Positions 55,994 through 64,000 of a DNA stretch of 64,000 nucleotides are shown here, piece by piece; position 1 is the stretch's first letter; the number at the start of each line of letters is the position of its first letter. The position numbers and the translations under genes were made by a program. Origin of the DNA: Carpediemonas membranifera BICM (taxonomy: Eukaryota; Protista; Fornicata). The stretch lies in assembly GCA_019828565.1 (NCBI GenBank), contig JAHDYR010000024.1:70534-134533 (forward strand). The letters are read 5' to 3'. The notes under the pieces are model-generated. The model had not been told where the DNA came from. It did no database searches and saw only the letters and a program-made list of their open reading frames with translations.

Positions 55994-57328
55994 ATGGAGA
56001 ACCTTGTGCATGATTTGGACGCACTGATCGCTGATCTTGCTGGCAATGACGGCAATCTGCCCGTTGCTGAACGTCTCCGCGCTCTGAAGCGCAAACACCA
56101 GTCCGTGCTCGTGCCGGACAGCACCGATATGCCCCAGAGACGTGCTCGTCTCGAGGAATCTTCCTCAGCACCCATTGTTGAGCCGTCATCGCCACAGGAC
56201 GTCGTCATCGAGGTTCCTGCGGCTCGCGCGATCACCCGCCGGCACCCACCTGAGGATATCCGCCGCGTAACGGGTGTTGTCGTCGACGATGAAGGTACGC
56301 GTCGCACCTTGACCGGACGCGTCGTGGCTGTCGCCACTTGTTCTGCCCAAGCTGGTCATGCTGTCAGCACGGTTGAGGCCGCCCAGCGCCGGACCTCCAA
56401 CCGCCCCGTCACCCGCCAGGTGCTCCGCGGGCACCTCCAAGGACCTCATCGGGCGGACCTGGCGGAGCGGGAAGCCCGTTTCCAGACCGTAATCGCTTCG
56501 GTCTCTGGTCGCGTCTCGAACTGCTTCGAGCTGCCCCTCCAGGGCATGCTGTCCCGTCTGAGGACCGGCCAGGTCTTCAGCGCTGGCGATGAGGCTGGGG
56601 ACCTCATGACGCGTCAGTCCCTCTTGCTCCTGACGGACTTCGTCACCGACGCCGTCGTGGGCCGTGCACTGCGGTCCCACTTTGAGATCGACTCACCTGC
56701 CGATGTTGCCCTCGCCGAGGCTCTGCTCGCCTCTGACGGTGTCACGTCCGGCTGTTTCTCCCGATCTACGGTCGACGTCGTGGTAGCGACCCTGACCCGC
56801 ATCACTCCCGATCTCGCTGATCGCCAGCCATCCTATCTCCGAACCCTGGCGAACCAGTCCCTGATGCGGATCATCATGATCTCTTCGCACCCTTCCTTGT
56901 ACTGCTGTTGGATGGTGGCCCAGGCCCGTCGCGTCGACCGTCTGTCTGCTCACGAGGCGACACGGTTTGTGACGGACTACTACGCCCTGCTCACAAACGA
57001 TCGCATCGCACGGATCGAGACCACGATCAGCGCTGCCGAGCTCGTGCCGCAGGTGTCTGACCCGTCACTCGACTATGTGATCGTCGAGTGCCTCAGGCAC
57101 ATTGAGCTGTACAACGAACAGTTCCGCGAAAGCTTCACCCTTGTGGTTAAGTATCAGAATTACGCCGTGCCTGGACTCACTCAGCTCACGCAATCCATGT
57201 GCACTTGCCTCCCGATCACCAACTACCTCACCAATGCCCGTCTTTGGCCGCGTGTTCGCCCTGAGTGGCACCCTGAGCTGCTCCTGGCCCGGCTGCGCGA
57301 GTCTGCTGGTGCGATCGACGAAGAATAA
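55994..57328 (+). CDS. Antisense accessory ORF of Gypsy-B copy 2
   Basis: 444 aa, one substitution (P to L) relative to copy 1. Confidence 0.8.
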   Translation: MENLVHDLDALIADLAGNDGNLPVAERLRALKRKHQSVLVPDSTDMPQRRARLEESSSAPIVEPSSPQDVVIEVPAARAITRRHPPEDIRRVTGVVVDDEGTRRTLTGRVVAVATCSAQAGHAVSTVEAAQRRTSNRPVTRQVLRGHLQGPHRADLAEREARFQTVIASVSGRVSNCFELPLQGMLSRLRTGQVFSAGDEAGDLMTRQSLLLLTDFVTDAVVGRALRSHFEIDSPADVALAEALLASDGVTSGCFSRSTVDVVVATLTRITPDLADRQPSYLRTLANQSLMRIIMISSHPSLYCCWMVAQARRVDRLSAHEATRFVTDYYALLTNDRIARIETTISAAELVPQVSDPSLDYVIVECLRHIELYNEQFRESFTLVVKYQNYAVPGLTQLTQSMCTCLPITNYLTNARLWPRVRPEWHPELLLARLRESAGAIDEE

Positions 57329-57379
57329 ATTCTGTTGGCTGCCTTACCTGCCTTTTACAGGTACGTATAAGTGGTAGGC

Positions 57380-60300
57380 TTATGCTTTTCCGAGAAATAT
57401 ATCTAACGCTTCGCAGTCCTTGACGTTCTCGTAAGGCTCCCAAGTGTCCTCGCATGGCTCATACCCTTTCCAGTGCACGTGGAACTTCCTATTCTTGATC
57501 GACTTCTCATTGGATGAATCGTAAATGCACTCGACAACGTACTCGGCATCAGTGGTCGCTGCCAGGGCCTGTGCTGAGTCGCGTGACAAGTCACCCTCGA
57601 AAGACCTCACGCGCTCGGATGCTACCCTGAACTCCTTACCCGAGTTCACGTCTCTCACATTGTATGCTACCGGTAAGTTGTCGACGATAACCGGGCTCAC
57701 TAGCTGCATTGGGCCTCGCCAACCTGCCGCAAGCTTGGAAGGTGGCTTAGTCGGATACTTCACCAGCACCCACTCTGAATCAATAACCGGCGGGGACCCA
57801 ACCCGGTTGCGCGCGTCCTCTTGCATGGCTCGGATGCGTGCCGCGGCCATCTGTCTCGCGAGTTTCACCGCCTCGCCATTATCTGCCGGATAGTCCGCGC
57901 TGTCATCTTGGCTCGTGAAGACAATCTCACTCGGCACTCGCATGTCGCTTCCAAAGATAATCTCAGCCGGCGTGAGGTGATGGGCCGCTCTGGGTGTTGA
58001 GTTAACAATAAATTGTGCCACTGGTAAACAGTCGACCCAATCCTCGGTCTGGAGCTCATACTTCCTGGAGCGCAAGATTCGTTCGATTCGAGAGTTCGCC
58101 CGCTCTACAATCCCATTGGACTGCGGGTGATACGGAGTTGTGATATGGGTCGAGAACCCGACTCGACCAGCAAGATCCTCGAACAAACGGTTTGCAAACT
58201 GGCGCCCTCCGTCTGACTGGAGAACTCTAGGCGCCCCGTACCGTAGTAGCCACGTATTCGTAAATGCTCTTACTGCTTCAAGGGCCTTCGTAGTCCGTAG
58301 GGGTACCAGCTCTGTCCACCTTGAGGCCGTGTCAACCATTACCAAGATATAGCTGAAACCGTTGACCTCTGGTAGCGGGCCAATCGTGTCAATCGCTACC
58401 TTATCAAACGGAGTTACACTCGCTGTGTGCAAGTACGACCGCTTGGCGTCCTCTGGCTTCGCCGTGAGCTGACAGACTGGGCACTTGTTAATTACCTCTG
58501 CGACTTGGTCAATGGGGGCTCGCTTCCCTCTCGCCTTCAACAGCTCGACTGTCGTATAAAGGGGGAGATGGGCTTGACCGTGGAGGTGAGCGTCATGGAT
58601 CTCATTCTCTGTCGCGGTCGGGGTCTTGGACGCAGCAAAGACTCTGCTCAATCCATCCGCTGCTCCATTATCTACTCCAGGGACGTGTCGTATTGTGAAG
58701 GGGAGGTCTGCGATCGATTCATACCACCTTTGGACCTTAGCGTTTGATGAACGGGCCATATAAATGAGATTACGGTGGTCGGTCAGCAGCGTGAAAGGGG
58801 TCCAGACCAGGAAACGGCGCCAGCGTTGAAGCGCGGAGACGATAGCATATGCCTCCTGTTCTATCGTGCTCCATCTTGTCTGCACATCGGTGAAGGCCTT
58901 CGACATATAACTGACAGGCTTGCCATCCTGCAGGAGGACACCTCCGATCCCTACGTCCGACGCGTCGGTCATCACCACGTGGCGCTTTGTCACGTCGAAG
59001 TGTTGTAAGATGGGTGCGGAACACAGTAGATCCTTCACCAGGGCCAAGGCTTTGGTCTGCTCTGGGGTGCCTAGCCCAATCTTACCGGCTGCTGCGAGTG
59101 CCAATGGTCGCGTGACCATGGAAAAGTGTGGCACGAAGTCACGGACGAAGTTCAGAAATCCCATGAGTGCCTGGGCCGCCTTTCGGGACTTGGGTAGCTT
59201 GAGCTCTTGGATGTCATGTACCCGGTCGGCAGCAATACCGTAGCCCTCACCTGAAACTGTCCAGCCAAGGAACTCGACTGTAGACTAGCCGAAATGTGAC
59301 TTCTCGGCATTGAGGCGAAGATTCAGTTCATCCGCTCGCTTGAGGACCTTCGTCAGGTTGACGATATACTCTGCCTCTGTTCTTCCGAAGACTACGATGT
59401 CATCGATATAAATCAGGCAACTGGCTCCTAGTAAATCTGCGAACGCCCGCTCCATCGAGTACTGAAAGTGAGCACCCGCGTTCTTCAAACCAAACGGCAT
59501 GCCCGTATACTGGAACTTGCCCCTCGGCGTATTGAACGCCGTGTACTGGCGCGAACGTTCGGACATCTGAATCTGGTGGTACCCTGCCGATAAATCTAGG
59601 GTGGCGAACACCTTGGATGCGCCTAACTTCGCTAAACACGTCTGTATCTCAGGGATAGGGTACTCGAACGGCTCCGTCTCGTCGTTGATCTTACGGAAAT
59701 CCACGACCATGCGTGTCTTGTCCGGACCCTTCGGAACCAGGAGCACCGGCGAAGCATATGGGCTGAAAGACTGCTCGACGTACTTCTTCTCGATTAGCTC
59801 GGCGAGATGTTGGTCGAATAAGTGCTCGCGCTGGTATGGGACGTAGTTAGACCGTGACGCGATCACCCTGTCCGACTTGAGCACAAGGTCATATGGTTCT
59901 AGATTGCTGAAACCTTGCCGGTCGTGGAAACAGTGGTCATAGCGGGCCAATATCCGACTCTGCTTATCGTTCATATCCGCTCGCAAATTGTAGAGTCGTC
60001 TCTCAAGACGCTCGAGTGTCGATGGGAGCTGGGCGTCCTCTTCGATCGACGAGTCGCTCGACCTAGCTCCAACATGTGGAAGAATGCCCCAGTCCACCAT
60101 GACTGCATAGTTCAAGAGCATGTCATACTCCATCTCAACTGCATACGCGGTCACCGTCGCCTCGACGCCCTTCGGGGTCATCGGCGACTTGTCCATGATT
60201 ACTGGGACCTCATAAGTCGTGTCTGTCTGGATTCTGCCTCCGGGTGACTTGATGTGTATCGGGCTGGCTAGCTTCGTCGCGTTCAGTCCCGCTTCCTGAG

Positions 60301-61369
60301 CTGAGGCGGGGTTAACGAGCGGGATGTCCGCACCACAATCGAATAGTATGCGTCCCCATGCGCAGCCGTCCACTGCACCCGATACCACAGGCAATGATGG
60401 AGTTGTCTCGCCAGCCATAGTCCAAACGCGCGCCGGTGTCGAGTAATTGGTGTACTTACGGTCGTTTACAGGAACTGGGCCTGTCGACCGGCAGAACTTG
60501 GCCATGTGGCCCAGCTTTCCACACTTTGCGCACTTGATCTTATCTCTCTTACAGTCCCGGGCGAAGTGACCTTGCTTGCCGCAGTTCTGACACTGCTTAC
60601 TGGCTCTGTCGGGCCGTCTCGTATCAGGCTGGAAACTGGAGTGGTTGTACGCGTGCGGTGGCTCAGGAGCTTGGCGTTGGAGGGGAGGCTGGTCAGGTCT
60701 TGCCTGTTGACGTTCTTGGCGGCCCGGACGGGCTCTGCTAGACTTGACGCGGCTTCCAGGATGTGTTAACGACACTGGATGGAGGGATGCGTATGATTCA
60801 GAGATGAGACGAGCTTCCTCGAGCTTCTTGCAGATCATAAGAGAGGTAATGAAGGTCTCATCGAGCGACATTCCTACTACGGCGTCTTTGACCTCCTCGC
60901 GGAGGAACTCGTCCAGGATTCCGTTCAGGAACATCTGGCGGATCGTAGCAGGCGCCAGATCAGGCTTGATGATGCGGTACCTTGTACGGAACTTGTCCAA
61001 GTACTGTGTGAAGCGCCCCGAATGGACGCCCTTCACAGAGAGCTGGAATAGTTGGCGCTGTAGGATAGCTGATTGAGGTTTGATGGCGTCAACGACGGCC
61101 TGGAAAGCTAGGTCTTCCGCTCCGGACTTTTTCATACGGACTTGCGGTGCGCGAAAAATAAGGGAGGATGATGTCTTCTGTCTCCTCGCGCGGCGGTACA
61201 CCTGCTTAACATCAACACCCGATGAACTGCAGAATGTTAGAACTGCAGGGCCTAAGCGCTTAATGAGGCGGCGCTTTCCACCGGCCTGAACATGTCTCGT
61301 TAGCTTTTCGTGAAATGCCAGAATGGCACTAATGCTTGGCTCGTTCACTGACGGGCCGTTTTCAGTCAT
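57380..61369 (-). pseudogene. Gypsy-B copy 2 gag-pol with a single nonsense codon (CAG to TAG at 59285-59287)
   Basis: Same domains as copy 1; stop falls in the late RT region where copy 1 has Gln. Confidence 0.93.
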
Positions 61370-61481
61370 TTGAAGTAATATTACTGTGGTTTGACTATAC
61401 CTGTTTTTACTGGGGGAAAAGACTTCGACACAGGGGTGTCGAAGTCAATCCATAAATGTTCTTAAATTGTACTGACTGACA

Positions 61482-61590
61482 GTGTATCTTCACAATTTTG
61501 AACGGTCCCAGGAGTCCATGTAACTTGTTCTTGGCTCTGGGCTGTAGAAGGACGAGCTGTCCGGGCTCCAACTCCGTCTCTTGGAACTGG
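61482..61590 (-). pseudogene. Remnant of another Gypsy integrase C-terminus, continuing at about 54990-55031
   Basis: LEPGQLVLLQPRAKNKLHGLLGPFKIVKIH joins DNKAVEY across the B2 insertion. Confidence 0.7.
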
Positions 61591-62685
61591 AAGAAAGAAA
61601 GAAAGAAAGAATTTAATGTGTCCTGCTACTCGTCCTGCTGTGTAAGCTGAATGTCACAGTTTGTGTCACCCCTTCGAGGAACGCCTAAGCGTGTTGGTAC
61701 CTCTACAGAGCACACCTAACACTTCCTAAGAGGGCGTGAACAACGGCCGTCAAGGCCTAGCTGGTACGCTAGAGGGATCCTATACATGGCCACATTAATA
61801 CCCCCAAAGTTAGGCTAACCCAGGTCTTACTCTTAGGGGCCCTTTGGGTCCCAGGTCTGCCTGGCACCTACAAAGCCTTGCCCTGCACGCTGCTGTCAGG
61901 GGACCTTCCGTACGTTTCCCCTCTCCCCCGGGTCCCCTAGGGAGGTCCTGGAGTTTCCTCGACCCGCTCGCCATGTTTCAGGCACCCGCCAGGGCGGGGT
62001 CGGGTCTAGAGTTCGCCGTACCAGCTGGGCCGGGTTAGGAACCCACCGACGCCGCGTAGGTAGACTTCCACGGACTTGCCGGCTGCGTTCGGGCTCATCT
62101 AGCGCTGTCCGATTTCACTCCAGGTTCCCATTATCGGGGGGGAGCTCCCAGGGGCGGTTGCCACGTCTTCCAGTGTTCCTGGCTAGGCGCCGGGCCACAT
62201 CAGGATGGCCCTGCCTTCCCGGCAGGTTACCGACGGAGTGGGTAGCTTCTTGCGTCATCCAGTACCTCCGCCAGTCTGCCATGCATCATCCTCCTGGTGC
62301 GCCCCCCACTGTGTGGGGAGGGGGTACCCCTTGCGCGCCGGAGGGATGCGCCGGACAGCTTGTCCGGACGCTTGCGCCCTACTGGCCCAGCTGTTTTGCC
62401 AGGCCTTCCCTATTTCGTGCTTGTTGTATGCGGTTGTCCCTTAGTGGTCCTTTGCAGCCTTCCCTCCGCCTGGCGCTACCGGAACATGTGGTGTTGTCCT
62501 CATTGGTTCCAGGCCCGCTGCGCTTGGGGTCGGTGCTCGGGCCACCTTTCCAGGCCGCCCTGTGGGTTGGGCCTGTCCCCTCTTGGTGGTGGGGGAGTTG
62601 TTTCAAGTGTGATGCAGGCATCAGAGTGCTCCCTTGCTGCGTGGGTTGGGTTGGGTGTGCGGCCGGGCGCTACCGGAACATGTGG
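61590..62685 (-). mobile_element. Probable 3' portion of a non-LTR retroelement ending in a (TTTC)n tail
   Basis: Minus strand ends AAATTCTTTCTTTCTTTCTTTCTT near 61590-61613, the same tail style as at 62686-62705; no ORF recognised. Confidence 0.4.
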
Positions 62686-64000
62686 GGAAAGAAAGAAAGA
62701 AATTTATGGTGCTTGGATTCTGACCCCGGACTGAGCTTGTTTCCCGTTGTCTTGGAGCTGAGTGCCCCGGGGTACTGCCTATTTCCCGTGGCAAACTGGT
62801 CAGCAGCGTTTGCCTTGGGCTTTCGGTGCTACTGTCTCCGCGGAAAGCCGATTCCAATCGCCCCAGAGGCCCTGCGGCCATCTCCGTGCAAATATGCTTT
62901 CCTGTCTCCCTGAAAGTCCGGCAACTATCCGGGGAGCCTGGGGGTCTGTCCTCGGGGCATTGACAGGCAGGATCGTCCTGCAGAACCTTGACTATGACAC
63001 TCCTTGCTTCCCTGCAGTCCTTGTAGAGCCGTTCAGCCACGGCACCCTCTCGTCTGTCCGGTTCCCCAATTCCATGCCCCCTCGACTCTGTTAAGAAGCC
63101 TACCCGAAGGCGGGGAAAGTGACTAAGTCCATGCTGTCTACCCCGGTTAGGTGGCGTGGGTCAGGGCATGGGTGGTGTACCCCCAGGCACTAGGCCTGGT
63201 TGTCCTGTTACCCCTTACAACATTTCGCTTGCACTACATGTCCTTGGTTTCCCATGTCGTTAACAAGGGCGGCAGGGGCACCTGTGCCCCTCCGACCCCC
63301 GTGGCCAGTCCCTGCAGTTTCCTTGGGGTCCCAACGAGTGGTGCAACCATATGGATATGGATTTCCTTGACCTTATCCTTGCTCTGTCCTTGTCGCATGT
63401 CCTTTCTTTCTTATTTCTGGTCTGTCCTTCCTGTTCTTTCCTTGCAGTCGTTCCTTCCCTTGCTTTGGTTCCTGGCTACCGGGATACGTGGGGCCTTTCC
63501 TCACTGATCCCAGGAGCTTAGCACCAGCGAGGGTGGTCCATGGCTGATTCCTTGTCCATCCCTTCCCGGTCCTGGAGTCAGGGGTTCATGACATGCTTCT
63601 ATTCCACCTTGAAGCTGTTGTAAACCTTTGCCAGTTCCCGTAGTCCTGCCGTGAGGCCTTCCCAAATGTCCTCCGAGCCCCATATTATTAGTTGCTGTAA
63701 TTCTAGGATGGGTCTTTCCTGGTACCATTCGCCCTGGGGGCCCTGCCTTACTTCCAAGTCCTTAGTTTTGTGCTTCGCTGCTGTCCACAGCTTTGTCCAA
63801 GCTTCTCCCCTGTCTACTGCCGGGCATTCACAGATTATGTGCGCTGCCGATCCTAGCCTCTGGCCCTCTGCCCACTCCCTGATCATTTCCTGCTTCCTTG
63901 CTGGTCCTGGCTTTTCCCTAATGATCCTGTAGAACAGGCTCACCTCCGACTCCTCCGAGCATAGGGGGCATAGTCTGCTAATTTCTCTCTTCAGGTCAGC
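62686..64000 (-). mobile_element. 3' end of a non-LTR retrotransposon (ORF C-terminus, 3' UTR, (TTTC)n tail)
   Basis: Frame runs in from the window edge to 63599 with RLCPLC...AAHIICECP, a LINE-type C-terminal CCHC; tail at about 62686-62705. Confidence 0.65.

Larger units (their letters stand above)
55032..61481 (-). mobile_element. Gypsy family B chromovirus, copy 2
   Basis: LTRs at 55032-55127 and 61385-61481 (one T difference), GTGT TSD, nearly identical to copy 1. Confidence 0.96.

Noticed and set aside
26380-59287. TAG reassigned to Gln (hexamitid-type code) to explain the in-frame stops in Gypsy-B
   Set aside because: The 4300-codon dynein has no internal TAA or TAG, several genes end in TAA or TAG, and each stop is private to one copy

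Overview
Eukaryotic, intron-poor protist DNA in the standard genetic code; a 28-nt intron with a fused branch point and 3' splice site suggests a metamonad or fornicate (inference). Bases 1-30 kb are a nest of retroelements: three head-to-tail DIRS/PAT-like tyrosine-recombinase retrotransposons, a non-autonomous LTR element inserted in one of them, and several nested Ty3/Gypsy chromovirus-type families with 4-bp TSDs. Bases 30.8-55 kb hold host genes (TPR protein, La-motif protein, chromodomain protein, two unknowns, cytoplasmic dynein-1 heavy chain). Among them sits a frameshifted Fanzor (eukaryotic TnpB) with an omegaRNA-like 3' region, bracketed by 30-bp direct repeats. Bases 55-64 kb hold a second Gypsy-B copy and non-LTR retrotransposon 3' ends with (TTTC)n tails. 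The strongest unexplained pattern: five different LTR families all lack a tRNA primer-binding site and instead carry a perfect 12-14-bp palindrome of different sequence that overlaps the last base of the 5' LTR, suggesting tRNA-independent priming. Two of these families also carry a homologous antisense ORF ending in a chromodomain-like segment. No database searches were run; all calls come from motif recognition.
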